Positions 38,076 through 49,954 of a stretch of 64,000 nt of DNA are shown here, piece by piece. The notes beneath the pieces are model-generated. The model was not told the origin of the DNA and made no database searches. It saw only the letters and a program-made list of their open reading frames with translations. The number at the start of each line of letters is the position of its first letter. Within the stretch, counting starts at the first letter, position 1. The translations under genes were made by a program, and so were the position numbers. The DNA comes from Lachnospiraceae bacterium (GTDB taxonomy: Bacteria; Bacillota; Clostridia; Lachnospirales; Anaerotignaceae): positions 48,150-112,149 of the forward strand of contig CAVGZD010000001.1 of NCBI GenBank assembly GCA_963633805.1, given 5' to 3'.

Positions 38076-40469
38076 ATGTTATTGAATCCGGGTACTGTCC
38101 TGAGCGGCAGGTACGAAATCACAGAAAAAATCGGCTCCGGCGGCATGGCGGTCGTCTATCGCGGGAAGGATAAAAAGCTCGATCGCTATGTGACGATCAA
38201 GGTTCTGCGGGAGGAATTTATCGGGGATGAGGATTTTATCGGGCGTTTCCGTTCGGAGGCCTGTTCGGCGGCGCGGCTGTCCCATCCGAATATCGTGCGC
38301 GCCTATGATGTGGGCGATGACGGGAATATCCACTATATCGTTATGGAATATATCCATGGGGATACGTTGAAAAAAGCCATCAAGGAGAAGGCTCCCTTCG
38401 ATTCCCGCTCGACCATCAATGTGGCGATCCAGATTGCCTCGGCACTGTCTCAGGCGCACAAAAGCCACATCATACATAGAGACATCAAGCCCCAGAACAT
38501 ACTGGTGGGGACGGACGGCGTGGTAAAGGTGACGGATTTCGGCATTGCCAGAGCTGCGACCGCTTCTACCATGACTACAACCGCAAATGCCGCAGGCTCT
38601 GTGCATTATTTTTCACCGGAGCAGGCACGCGGCGGCTATGTGGATGAAAAGAGCGACATTTATTCCCTCGGGATCACGATGTTTGAGATGATCACGGGCG
38701 TTCTGCCCTTTCAGGGGAACAATTCCGTTTCTATCGCGCTCAAGCATATCAACGAGGAGCTGCCAGATATTCGCCAGTATAATCCGAACTGCTCCCGCTC
38801 GCTGGAGGGCATCATCAAGAAGGCGACCATGAAAAAGGCGGACGAACGCTATGCCAGTATCGATCTGCTTCTGGCGGATCTGATCCGCGCCAGAGCGGAC
38901 ATCGCAACGGCAACACCCGCACCCCCTGCCGTGCGCCCCAGACGGGCGGCGGCGCAGGCGGCAGCCCAGCAGGAGAAGCCCTTGGCGGATGCATCCAAGG
39001 TGAAGCTGCCGGAGTATCTGCCGGAGGATAACGTGCGCCAGTCCAGACGGGCAGAAGCGGAGGCTCAGCTCAGAGCCTTGCAGGAGAAGCACAAGGTGGA
39101 GACGCAGGGCGATGCGGCAAAAACGGCGCAGCCCAAAATCGAGGAAACCAAGGCGGCAGACCCCAAGGAGCTGGACTATATCCGCGGCAGACGGGCGGCG
39201 GAGGTCGGCGCGGCGAAGGAGCCCTTGGCGAGTCTTGAGAAACACAGCAAAAAGCTCTCGCTCTCCAAGGAGGATGAGTATGAGAAGGAATATGTGAAAT
39301 CCGATCCGGTCAAGACCAGTAAGCGTCCCGAAAAGCCCCGCAAAAATCCCAGAGATGATGCGGAATATGACAGCGATACGGACAGAAAGGCGGAACGCAA
39401 GGTTGTTATCGCGGCAGTGGTGACGGCATTGGTGCTGATCGGCATTATCTCCGTGTTCGGTATGCGGTATATGGGAGGTCATTTCAGCGGCATCGTTGCT
39501 TCTGAGGATAATACCATCGAGGTGCCGATGCTCATTGGCGTGCCCTACGAAGAAGCACTCAAAACGGCGGAGAATCTGGGTATCGTTCTGGTCGAAGAAG
39601 GGCAGGATTACAATAACTACTACGATGCCGGCTATATCATCTATCAATCTGCGAGCGAAGGCACGATGGTTGCGAAGGACGCGCGGATCGGCGTGAAGGT
39701 CAGTCTGGGGCTGAATACGGAGAAAATGCCGAATGTGGTCGGCATGGATGAGCAGGAAGCCATTGATGCCATCACGAAGCTGGTCGGCAATGTTGTGAAA
39801 TATGAATATGTCCATGATGATACGGTCGAGGTAGAGAAGGTCGTTGAGCAGGAGCCGGCGGCAGGCGCGGATATCACGGCAAAGAGCGAGATTCGCCTGA
39901 AAATCAGCAAGGGCGAGGAAAACAGCGAGGTCGTTGTGCCCAGCGTGGTTGGCTCTACGGAGGAGCAGGCAAGACGCGATCTGACCGCAGTGGGCTTGAC
40001 GGTAGGCAGCGTCAGCTATGCGAACAGCGCGACGGTCGCAGAGGGGAAGGTCATCACGCAGACGATCTCCGCAAATCAGAAGGTAGCATCCGGCAGCGTG
40101 GTGAATCTGGTCGTCAGCAAAGGCGCGGAGGAGACGAAGCCGGAGGAAACGACTCCCCCCGCAGCAGAAACGCCGACTGAGACGACACCACCGCCGACCG
40201 ATACGACGACGCCATTCGTAAGCCAGACTCCTGCCGAAACAACGGGTACGAAATACTTTACGATCGAGCTGCCGAGCGATGTGCGGGGCAGTGCATATGT
40301 GCGGGTTGTGAAAAATGATGCGGATGGCGCGTACCCCGTTGTGGATGAATACCGCGATGCGTCGGAATTCCCCTATAGCGTTTCCATAACGGGCAGGGGC
40401 AGCGGCAGCGTGACCTGCTATATCAATGATGTGCAGCAGTGGTCGCAGAATGTAAATTTCTCAGAGTGA
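38076..40469 (+). CDS. prkC: PASTA-domain Ser/Thr kinase
   Basis: IGSGGMA.VY, HRDIKPQN, DFGIA, SPEQARG; TM helix, three PASTA-like repeats, Pro/Thr-rich linker. Confidence 0.95.
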   Translation: MLLNPGTVLSGRYEITEKIGSGGMAVVYRGKDKKLDRYVTIKVLREEFIGDEDFIGRFRSEACSAARLSHPNIVRAYDVGDDGNIHYIVMEYIHGDTLKKAIKEKAPFDSRSTINVAIQIASALSQAHKSHIIHRDIKPQNILVGTDGVVKVTDFGIARAATASTMTTTANAAGSVHYFSPEQARGGYVDEKSDIYSLGITMFEMITGVLPFQGNNSVSIALKHINEELPDIRQYNPNCSRSLEGIIKKATMKKADERYASIDLLLADLIRARADIATATPAPPAVRPRRAAAQAAAQQEKPLADASKVKLPEYLPEDNVRQSRRAEAEAQLRALQEKHKVETQGDAAKTAQPKIEETKAADPKELDYIRGRRAAEVGAAKEPLASLEKHSKKLSLSKEDEYEKEYVKSDPVKTSKRPEKPRKNPRDDAEYDSDTDRKAERKVVIAAVVTALVLIGIISVFGMRYMGGHFSGIVASEDNTIEVPMLIGVPYEEALKTAENLGIVLVEEGQDYNNYYDAGYIIYQSASEGTMVAKDARIGVKVSLGLNTEKMPNVVGMDEQEAIDAITKLVGNVVKYEYVHDDTVEVEKVVEQEPAAGADITAKSEIRLKISKGEENSEVVVPSVVGSTEEQARRDLTAVGLTVGSVSYANSATVAEGKVITQTISANQKVASGSVVNLVVSKGAEETKPEETTPPAAETPTETTPPPTDTTTPFVSQTPAETTGTKYFTIELPSDVRGSAYVRVVKNDADGAYPVVDEYRDASEFPYSVSITGRGSGSVTCYINDVQQWSQNVNFSE

Positions 40470-40487
40470 TAAGGACAAGGTGAACGA

Positions 40488-41369
40488 ATGCTGGAAGGCG
40501 TGATCTTGAAAGGAATCGGCGGTTTTTATTATATCGCCGCGGAAAATGGGGTTTATGAATGCCGCGCGCGGGGCATCTTCCGCAAGGAGGGGATTCGCCC
40601 GACGGTGGGCGATGCCGTGCGGATCTCCGTGCTGGATGAGGAAAAGAAGAAGGGCAGTCTGGATGAGATTCTGCCCAGAAGGAACGAGCTGATTCGCCCG
40701 CGGGTCGCCAATGTGGATCAGGCGGTGATCGTTTTTGCGGCGAAAAGTCCGAATATGAATCTCGATTTGCTCGATCGATTTTTGCTTTTGGCAGAGGAAC
40801 AGGCGCTGGATATTGTGATTGTGATCAATAAGATCGATCTGGACAAAAAGGAACGCTATGCAGAGGCGGCAGAGCGCTATCGTGGGGCGGGCTATCCCGT
40901 GATCTGCACAAGCGTGGAAAAGGGCGAAGGGATCGCGGAGCTGCGGCAGGCATTGGAGCACAAAATTTCCGTATTTGCCGGACCGTCCGGTGTGGGGAAA
41001 AGCAGTCTGCTCAATGCCGCCTTTCCCGCGCTGGAGCTGAATACCGGCGCAATCAGCGAGAAGATACAGCGCGGCAAGCATACTACCCGCCATGCGGAGC
41101 TGATCCAAGTGGCGGAGGATGGCTATATTGTGGATTCGCCGGGCTTTACCTCCCTGCTTCTGAGCCATATCCCCTCGGAAAAGCTGCAATATTATTTCCG
41201 CGAATTTGAGCCGTTCCGACAGGATTGCTATTACAACGGCTGTATGCATATCAATGAGCCGGACTGCGCGGTCAAGGCGGCAGTGGAGAAGGAAATCTCC
41301 CCCGACCGCTACGCGCGCTATGTTTCGCTGTATCAGGAATTGAAGGAAGACGAGGAAAGGAGACGCTGA
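40488..41369 (+). CDS. rsgA: Ribosome small subunit-dependent GTPase
   Basis: NKID, GPSGVGKS, RGKHTT, DSPGF, C..C.H..EP.C zinc site. Confidence 0.97.
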   Translation: MLEGVILKGIGGFYYIAAENGVYECRARGIFRKEGIRPTVGDAVRISVLDEEKKKGSLDEILPRRNELIRPRVANVDQAVIVFAAKSPNMNLDLLDRFLLLAEEQALDIVIVINKIDLDKKERYAEAAERYRGAGYPVICTSVEKGEGIAELRQALEHKISVFAGPSGVGKSSLLNAAFPALELNTGAISEKIQRGKHTTRHAELIQVAEDGYIVDSPGFTSLLLSHIPSEKLQYYFREFEPFRQDCYYNGCMHINEPDCAVKAAVEKEISPDRYARYVSLYQELKEDEERRR

Positions 41370-41371
41370 AT

Positions 41372-42040
41372 ATGAACTATCATCTTGCGCCCTCCGCGCT
41401 TTCTGCCGATTTTGGCAGGGCTGCGGAGCAGCTGGATTTATTGGAACGTGCCGGGGTGACGTATCTGCATCTGGATGTGATGGACGGGATGTTTGTGCCG
41501 AATATTTCCTTCGGCATGCCCGTGATCGCGAGCCTGCGCAAATGCAGCAAAATGCTTTTTGATGTGCATTTGATGATCGTCGAACCGGAGCGATATATTG
41601 CGGATTTTCGCAAGGCTGGGGCAGACTTCATCTGCTTCCATCTGGAGGCGACGAAGGATCCTGCCGCTGTGCTTGCGCAGATCGAGGAAACAGGCGCGAA
41701 GGCGGCAATCGCCATCAAGCCGAAAACGCCCGTGGAGGCGGTCAAGCCGTATCTTGCGGATGCGGATATGATACTGGTGATGACGGTCGAGCCTGGCTTC
41801 GGCGGGCAGAAATTTATGCAGGATATGATGCCGAAGGTGCGTCAGCTTGCGACATGGCGGGAGGAGCTTGGGCTTTCCTATGATATTGAGGTGGACGGCG
41901 GCATTGCGATGGATACCGTGCGCACGGCGATGGATGCGGGCGCGAATGTGCTTGTGGCAGGCTCGGCAGTGTTCGGCAAGGCGGACATTGCGGCGGCGGC
42001 AGAGGAATATCTGAAAATTTTTGAGGAGTATGCAAAATGA
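41372..42040 (+). CDS. rpe: Ribulose-phosphate 3-epimerase
   Basis: HLDVMDG.FVPN, DVHLM, MTVEPGFGGQ, VDGG, VAGS. Confidence 0.97.
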   Translation: MNYHLAPSALSADFGRAAEQLDLLERAGVTYLHLDVMDGMFVPNISFGMPVIASLRKCSKMLFDVHLMIVEPERYIADFRKAGADFICFHLEATKDPAAVLAQIEETGAKAAIAIKPKTPVEAVKPYLADADMILVMTVEPGFGGQKFMQDMMPKVRQLATWREELGLSYDIEVDGGIAMDTVRTAMDAGANVLVAGSAVFGKADIAAAAEEYLKIFEEYAK

Positions 42041-42675
42041 AAGTGATACTTTTTGCGGGAGCGAAGATCGAAAATTATGACTTTTGCAGGGAATACCTGA
42101 CGGGCGCGGACGCGATTATCTGCTGTGATGCGGGGATGCAGCATACAAAGGCGCTGGGTGTTGACCCGGACTATATCGTGGGGGATTTTGACTCCGTTCG
42201 CCCGGAGGTTCTGGAGGAATATCGGCAAAAAAATATCCCTTTTCGTCAGTTCCCGACCAGAAAAAATGAAACGGATATGGAGCTTGGCATATTCCTTGCG
42301 CTGGAATTGGGCGCGGATGATCTGATCCTCTTTGGCGGTATTGGCGACCGTTTCGACCATACCCTTGCCAATGCGCATTATCTGCTTTCGCTCTTGAAAA
42401 AGGGCGTGCGTGCGCGGCTGGTGAATGAGAAAAACTGCGTGGAGCTGATTGATCGGCACTTGACGATTCGTGGCAAGGTGGGCGAAATTATTTCGACCAT
42501 TCCGCTCTCCATGGAGGTCAAAGGGATTACGCTGCGGGGCTTTTCCTATCCGCTGACGGATTTTGATCTGGCGCTGGATGATGATTATATCGCCGTCAGC
42601 AATGTGCTGGCTGAGGAAACGGCGGAAATCGATATCCGGGAGGGCTATCTGTTCGTGATCCGCGCGAAGGATTGA
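42037..42675 (+). CDS. thiN: Thiamine diphosphokinase
   Basis: CDAG, GDFDS, K.ETD, G.R.DH.LAN, SN; follows rpe as in other Firmicutes. Confidence 0.93.
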   Translation: MKVILFAGAKIENYDFCREYLTGADAIICCDAGMQHTKALGVDPDYIVGDFDSVRPEVLEEYRQKNIPFRQFPTRKNETDMELGIFLALELGADDLILFGGIGDRFDHTLANAHYLLSLLKKGVRARLVNEKNCVELIDRHLTIRGKVGEIISTIPLSMEVKGITLRGFSYPLTDFDLALDDDYIAVSNVLAEETAEIDIREGYLFVIRAKD

Positions 42676-42802
42676 GGCAGATTTTACGGGCAGGACTGTT
42701 GGATTGGATGGTTCTGCCTGTTTTTTTGACTTATTTTTGACTTATGGGGCAGGGATGTGATAAAATAGGTCGGAACGGACGAAAAATGGCAGGAGGAGCA
42801 CT

Positions 42803-44614
<1,812 letters not shown>

Positions 44615-44706
44615 GGCGCATTCAGGATGTATGTTTAGGGCGCATATCTGACTCTGTTTCGATTTGATTTCGGGCGAGGGGGCTTGCCCGTCGGAGCGGC
44701 AAAATG

Positions 44707-44750
44707 AAAAGAGGACGGGCTCCCGTAAGAATCGGGAACTCGTCCTTTTT
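44707..44750. terminator. Terminator between lepA and the convergent GNAT gene
   Basis: AAAAGAGGACGGG.TCCCG / CGGGA.CTCGTCCTTTTT. Confidence 0.75.
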
Positions 44751-44826
44751 GGCATTCAGATGGGAGAAAACATGACTTTTTGTGCATGCTGCATCACAAA
44801 ACGCAGGCGGAGCAGTGCGAAAAAAA

Positions 44827-45282
44827 TCATTTTTCGGAGCTGTCCCGGCAATTTTTCACCAGAATATGCGCGTTGATCCGAAATCTGTATTTTTCATAGA
44901 GATGGATGTCGGCATTTCCATCAACGACCTTGACCTCAATGCGATGCACGTCGCGACGGTCAAATGTCTGCATCGCCCAATCCATCAGGGCACGCCCAAA
45001 GCCCATCCCCCTGTATCCCTCCTGCACCACAAGATAGTCCAATTTGCCGTTGGTATCGCAGAAATCGACTTTGCAGAAGCCAACAACGCGCTCCCCATCC
45101 TCCGCAACGGCGATGAGAGAGCTTTTCCGCGCGAGGGCATCCGCAAAAAGCTGCAGGGTTTCCTCATAGGGGCGGCTGGGATATTCCTCCTTGAAATGGG
45201 TGGAAACAGCGTTATGATATTTGGCTAAGGTGCGCAGGCACGCGTCCAATTTTTGCACTTCCCCTGTCGTGATCTCTCGCAT
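44827..45282 (-). CDS. GNAT family acetyltransferase
   Basis: Acetyl-CoA motif V...YRGMGFGRALM and N..A..LYEK; GGAGG RBS. Confidence 0.88.
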   Translation of the reverse strand: MREITTGEVQKLDACLRTLAKYHNAVSTHFKEEYPSRPYEETLQLFADALARKSSLIAVAEDGERVVGFCKVDFCDTNGKLDYLVVQEGYRGMGFGRALMDWAMQTFDRRDVHRIEVKVVDGNADIHLYEKYRFRINAHILVKNCRDSSEK

Positions 45283-45312
45283 ATTGCACCTCCGATACAG
45301 ACACCCTGCGGC

Positions 45313-45633
45313 TTACTCAATGGGTTTCTCCTTGTTCTTCTTTTTGAGAAAATTTGCCGCAGCCCAGATGCCCCAGCCAATGCCGCACATTAGCAGCATC
45401 AGTCCGGTGAAAATGCCGAAAAGGGCGTAGCCGAGACTGTCCCAGCCGGTGTGTGCGGCAACCTGTGCGACAAAAAACAGCGTTGCTGCGCAAAGCAGAG
45501 TCACGGGCAGAAGGCGAAACAAGCGCCTTTTTGCCTTGAAGCAGAGCAAAAGCTGGATTGGCAAAAAGATCAAAATGGAAAGCCACAAAACAAGGTTTGT
45601 CAACTCGATATCGCCTGTCCATGCATCAAACAT
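45313..45633 (-). CDS. Small membrane hypothetical protein
   Basis: Three hydrophobic segments, GWDSLGY motif, GAAGGGG RBS. Confidence 0.7.
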   Translation of the reverse strand: MFDAWTGDIELTNLVLWLSILIFLPIQLLLCFKAKRRLFRLLPVTLLCAATLFFVAQVAAHTGWDSLGYALFGIFTGLMLLMCGIGWGIWAAANFLKKKNKEKPIE

Positions 45634-45766
45634 ATCTTCATCCCCTTCATACCATTTCGATTTTACAGCACGATGAAAAAGGCGAGCTTCTCAGCACAGA
45701 GAATATGTATTTATCAAAAGCATCTCTTATCATGCTTTCAATTTGATGCTATATCGCGCAGAGGAA

Positions 45767-46003
45767 TCAAGTGGATGAGCTCTGTAGCTTTTCTTCAAGT
45801 TCCTTTACCTTCTTTTCCAGATGCTCTATTCGTTCTTCCTGCGTGATAAACGCATAGGCTACCACTGAAATGATGAATGCACAGGCGGCAGTGGCAATAA
45901 AGTAGTGTTTATTGAAATCAAAAAGTCTCCATCCGCCGCAGAATAAAAAGATGTAGCATAGTATCAAAATGATTGTATACATTTTTATGAATTTTATTTT
46001 CAC
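45767..46003 (-). CDS. Small membrane hypothetical protein with C-terminal coiled coil
   Basis: GGAGG RBS, GTG start, two hydrophobic helices then ERIEHLEKKVKELEEK; AT-rich. Confidence 0.7.
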   Translation of the reverse strand: MKIKFIKMYTIILILCYIFLFCGGWRLFDFNKHYFIATAACAFIISVVAYAFITQEERIEHLEKKVKELEEKLQSSST

Positions 46004-46060
46004 TTATGATCCTCCATAAATTCTCATTTTGCCATGCTCTGCCAAGGCGCCGGGCGGCAT

Positions 46061-46297
46061 TTATGCCTTGTTGATGTTATTCGTATACATAGACGCATCT
46101 ACGATGATCCGCTTGCATTTCGGGCAGCAATCACTCTCTATGTGATGCGGGGAAAGCATCGCCTGGTTCAGATGCAGAGCATAGCTCTCGTCCGTCCCCG
46201 GCACTAATGTCAGCGTATGTTTTTTCGTACTCCACAGGGTCATCCCGCAATTCAGATAGCCATGTATCATTTCGATCTCACAATAAGGACACTTCAT
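46061..46297 (-). CDS. Small zinc-ribbon protein (MKCPYC...CPKCKRI type)
   Basis: CPYC and CPKC pairs; own TTGACT-16-TATAAT promoter at 46358-46331. Confidence 0.75.
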   Translation of the reverse strand: MKCPYCEIEMIHGYLNCGMTLWSTKKHTLTLVPGTDESYALHLNQAMLSPHHIESDCCPKCKRIIVDASMYTNNINKA

Positions 46298-46504
46298 GTT
46301 GACACCTACGTAAATTTCAGTATTGGTTTCATTATATCGCATTTTCCGCGGCAGTCAAAGTGGAATTTTGAAAGACGCTTGTATTTCACCATGTCGTGTG
46401 ATACCATTGGCATATACCCTCGATGAAAAAGGGCGCAGGCGGATCACAACGCGTCTGCCGAGCCGCTTTGGGGAATGGATTTTATGAGCAAGGGGGAGTT
46501 TGGG

Positions 46505-46783
46505 ATGGAAATAAATAAGGCATTTGAATGGATCGCGATTTTGTTGGCGTTGGGCTTTTTCATTGCATCATACTATGTTTTGGAAACAAAGGCGCCGTCC
46601 ATCACTGAACTGAGTGAGGCGCGGAATATGCTGTATTGGTATCGCGTTTCGCTGAAGCTGCGCTTTGTTGGGGGAATCTTGCTGCTTGCGTTTGGGTCAT
46701 ACAGATTGTATTTTTCCCTTCGGGGCAAGAATATGCTTTCCGGTGCTTCGAATGCATCTGATCGAAAGCATACAGATCAATAA
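46505..46783 (+). CDS. Small membrane hypothetical protein
   Basis: AGGGGGAG RBS, two hydrophobic segments, followed by a terminator-like hairpin at 46796-46836. Confidence 0.55.
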   Translation: MEINKAFEWIAILLALGFFIASYYVLETKAPSITELSEARNMLYWYRVSLKLRFVGGILLLAFGSYRLYFSLRGKNMLSGASNASDRKHTDQ

Positions 46784-46987
46784 AGCGAATTTTTGCTCCG
46801 TCAGACCCCTTTTTGGAAGGGGCGGCGGAGTTTTTCTGCAAAGCTGCCGCATTTCTGCCCGACGGTCGGCGCGATCGAAAATTCAGAAAAAATTAAGAAA
46901 TGGAAGTGTAGCATTTCGCTATGTTTTATGGTAAAATCTGCGAAACAGGATTGTATCGTTAGTCATACAAGGGAAAGGGTGAAGGCT

Positions 46988-47797
46988 ATGAAGAAAAGAT
47001 GAATTGGGTACGGGATGGCGCTGCTTATGCTTTGCGCATCCAGCATCCCCGCACTGGCGCAGGATTATGTCAAAAACGCAGGCGCAACGCTGCGCCCGGA
47101 TTACAAAATCGTCATTGATGGACAAAGCATGAATTTTAAGCGTTACGATGGCTCGCCGGCGTTTGCGCTGGTCTATGAGGATGCGACCTATCTGCCCCTG
47201 CGCGCGATTGGGGAAACGCTGGGCAGAAACGTAAACTGGGACGAAAAGACGAAAACCATCACGCTGGCGGGGGAGAGAACGACATCGACAAGCTCCGGCA
47301 GCGCGGCGACAGGCAGGAAGCAGGAGGTCACGGTGCAGGTGCGCCCGGATTTCAATATCGTCATCGACGGCACGGAGCGGCAGTTTACGACATCCTCCGG
47401 AAAAAGCATCTATCCGCTGCTCTATGATGGCTCGACCTATCTGCCTCTACGCGCGATCGGGCAGATTATGAACAAGACTGTTGCGTGGAACCAGAACAAC
47501 AAAACGATCACGCTGACGAGCGGTTCTTCCTCTACGGTGACGGATGCGGACAGCTTCACGGATGCAAGCCAGCAGCCGTCTGCGGGCGATATCGGCGCGG
47601 AGAAGGCAAAGCAGATCGCGCTGAATCATGCCGGGCTGGCGGAATCTCAGGTGTATGCGCTCAAGACGGATATGGATTGGGATAATGGTCGGAAGGAGTA
47701 TGAGGTGGAATTCAAAGCAGGCGGCATGGAATACGATTACGAGATCGATGCCGCAAACGGCACGATCCTGAAAGCTGACAAGGAGTACGATGGTTAA
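46988..47797 (+). pseudogene. Secreted protein with two copper-amine-oxidase-like stalk repeats and C-terminal PepSY; in-frame TGA at codon 5
   Basis: ATG AAG AAA AGA TGA ATT GGG TAC GGG ATG...; two Y..TYLPLRAIG...V.W.....TITL repeats; I.AEKAK.IAL...YEVEF...EY.YEIDA..G.I PepSY motif. Confidence 0.7.
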
Positions 47798-48022
47798 GAT
47801 ATAGTGATTTGGTGCAATGTGCCCATTTTGCGGGATAGGGGAATCTATCGGCAGGATGGGCTTTTTTCGTCTCTGAAAAGGCATTCCCGCGTTCCGCGAT
47901 TTCGTTTTATGCAGGATCTCTTCTGTGATCGATCGGCATGACTGCGCCGCGTCCCTCTATTTTGGCGCAAATTCTCTTCAAAATGTATCCTTCGGAGATG
48001 CTTAGCCATTCCGACCGAAAGC

Positions 48023-48051
48023 TTGACAGAAATTCCGATTCAAAATATACT
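48023..48051 (+). promoter_or_regulatory. SigA promoter of the spoIID-queA-rarA operon
   Basis: TTGACA-17 bp-TATACT. Confidence 0.75.
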
Positions 48052-48100
48052 GAAGGAAGCGTATTTGGAAAAAATCGCTGACGGAACAGGGGGAATAAAA

Positions 48101-49687
48101 TTGAAACGAAAAATAGGAATTTTGCTTGCACTGGCTTTTGCGCTGGCAATGCCGCTGCAGGCGATGGCATATACAGTCCCGGAGACGGTGCGCGTGGGCT
48201 TGGAGTCGGTCTGCAAGAATGCTGCTTCCGCGAGCATCGGTGCGGGCGAGGTCTTGATCGGCACGGAGAAAAGCGGACGCTTTGAGGAGGGCGGCGCGAC
48301 TTCCTCGGATGCGGGCTTCACCGTCCGTGCGGCAAGTGGCTCTTATATCGCGATGGATGAGGAAATGAGCTGCCGGGAAGCATTGCGCACGGCAGAGGAG
48401 CTTTCCGATGCGGGTCTGGATGCCTATGCGGCTTATCTGGGCGGGGAGGACTGGACGGTTTACACGGCAAATTCCTCTGTGGAGGAAGTGGAGCGGCAGA
48501 TAGGTGCGTCCGCATCCCGCGTGAGCAGCTTCACGGGCTATCAGCTTTCGGGCGAGGATGCCTTGCTTGTGCCGCAGGACGCGGTATTGATGGGGACGGG
48601 CAAGGAGGATACCATCAATCTGAACGGCAAGCGTTATCGCGGCATGCTGACCTTCGCAGTCGCGGGGAACAGCCTGACGGCAATCAATATCATCGGTCTG
48701 GAGGAATATCTCTATGGCGTTGTGCCTGCGGAAATGCCGCAGACCTATGAGAGGGAGGCGCTGAAGGCACAGGCAGTCGCCGCCCGTACCTACGCCATGA
48801 CGAAACTGGGCGCACATACGGGCAGCGGCTATCAGCTCTGCGATACGACGGCTTGTCAGGTTTATAACGGCTACAGCGGCGAAGCGGCTTCTGCGACCTC
48901 TGCCGTGGATGCAACGGCGGGGGAGATCGCCTGCTACAACGGTCAGCCGATCGAAGCGGTATTTTCTGCGTCCTCCGGTGGCTATACGGAAAATAGCGAG
49001 AATGTTTGGAGCAATGTCGTGCCTTATCTGCGGGCTGTACCGGAAATTGCGGAATACGGGGATAATACTTGGACGAGAACGCTGACTCTCTCCGAGCTGG
49101 ACGCGCTTCTCGCCAAAAAGGGCGAAAATATCGGCAGTGCGGAGGATATCGTGATTACGAAGCTCTCCGGCAGCGGGCGCGTGCAGGAATTGCAGATCAT
49201 CGGCTCGAAGGGCAAAAAAACGCTGACGAAGGAAGAGATTCGGACGTATTTTTCGGCGGCATGCGGCAGTCTGCCGGGGAAGATGTTTACTATAAACGGC
49301 AAGGGCGGCGATATTGGCACATACGGCGATACCACATCCGCGCGGCAGACACAGACCGCGACGGCGGGGACGCTGCTTGCGGCGGCGCAGAAAAACGGTA
49401 TCCGCGCAAGGACGGAGGGCGATTTATCCGCGATGAACGGCAGAATGCTGGAGATCGACTTGGCGCAGGGGACAGGCAAAACGACGGTTTCCACCAATTC
49501 TACGGGCAGTGTGATTTCCTCCGTGTCTATCAGCACGATCAGCGGAAATAAATTCGTGTTCGAGGGCATCGGCATCGGGCATGGCGTGGGCTTGAGCCAG
49601 AACGGCGCACAGGCGATGGCACAGCGCGGCTATGACTACGAGGAAATTCTGCATCATTATTACACCGATATTACGATCGAGGGCTAG
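48101..49687 (+). CDS. SpoIID/LytB-domain peptidoglycan lytic transglycosylase
   Basis: Signal peptide; LEEYLYGVVPAEM, EALKAQAVAART, CQVY, GHGVGLSQ.GA, IL.HYY; TTG start. Confidence 0.92.
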   Translation: MKRKIGILLALAFALAMPLQAMAYTVPETVRVGLESVCKNAASASIGAGEVLIGTEKSGRFEEGGATSSDAGFTVRAASGSYIAMDEEMSCREALRTAEELSDAGLDAYAAYLGGEDWTVYTANSSVEEVERQIGASASRVSSFTGYQLSGEDALLVPQDAVLMGTGKEDTINLNGKRYRGMLTFAVAGNSLTAINIIGLEEYLYGVVPAEMPQTYEREALKAQAVAARTYAMTKLGAHTGSGYQLCDTTACQVYNGYSGEAASATSAVDATAGEIACYNGQPIEAVFSASSGGYTENSENVWSNVVPYLRAVPEIAEYGDNTWTRTLTLSELDALLAKKGENIGSAEDIVITKLSGSGRVQELQIIGSKGKKTLTKEEIRTYFSAACGSLPGKMFTINGKGGDIGTYGDTTSARQTQTATAGTLLAAAQKNGIRARTEGDLSAMNGRMLEIDLAQGTGKTTVSTNSTGSVISSVSISTISGNKFVFEGIGIGHGVGLSQNGAQAMAQRGYDYEEILHHYYTDITIEG

Positions 49688-49690
49688 AAA

Positions 49691-49951
49691 ATGAGGACAT
49701 TTCGGGATTTTCTGCTTGCCGCGGCGGGCTGGCAGGATGAAAAGGGAAATACAGTCGTTTTCTCCGAAACGGACTTGCTCGGAAGAAGGCGGGATGGCGA
49801 AATATGGCTGTTTCTGGACGAGGGCTTGCGCTGCGGCGGCATGAATCGCCAGCTTGAGCCAGAGCCGAGGGCGGTTCGCGAGGCACTTCTGGGCGTGGAC
49901 AAGACCGCGCTCTGGGAGGCTATCGCGGCGGATTGGAAAAAGGAGGAATGA
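49691..49951 (+). CDS. Hypothetical protein (86 aa)
   Basis: Tightly packed between spoIID and the next ORF, same strand. Confidence 0.65.
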   Translation: MRTFRDFLLAAAGWQDEKGNTVVFSETDLLGRRRDGEIWLFLDEGLRCGGMNRQLEPEPRAVREALLGVDKTALWEAIAADWKKEE

Positions 49952-49954
49952 GGG

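Noticed and set aside
42723..42744. 11-bp tandem TTTTTGACTTA upstream of lepA
   Set aside because: Composed of a terminator T-tract plus the -35 box; too short and low-complexity to support a separate claim
44827..46783. Integron cassette array
   Set aside because: No attC-like palindromes with RYYYAAC/GTTRRRY ends and no integron integrase; the genes have their own promoters and mixed orientation
47000..47002. Selenocysteine or genetic-code reassignment of the TGA
   Set aside because: Lies in a signal peptide with no redox motif or evident SECIS, and many genes in the window end normally at TGA
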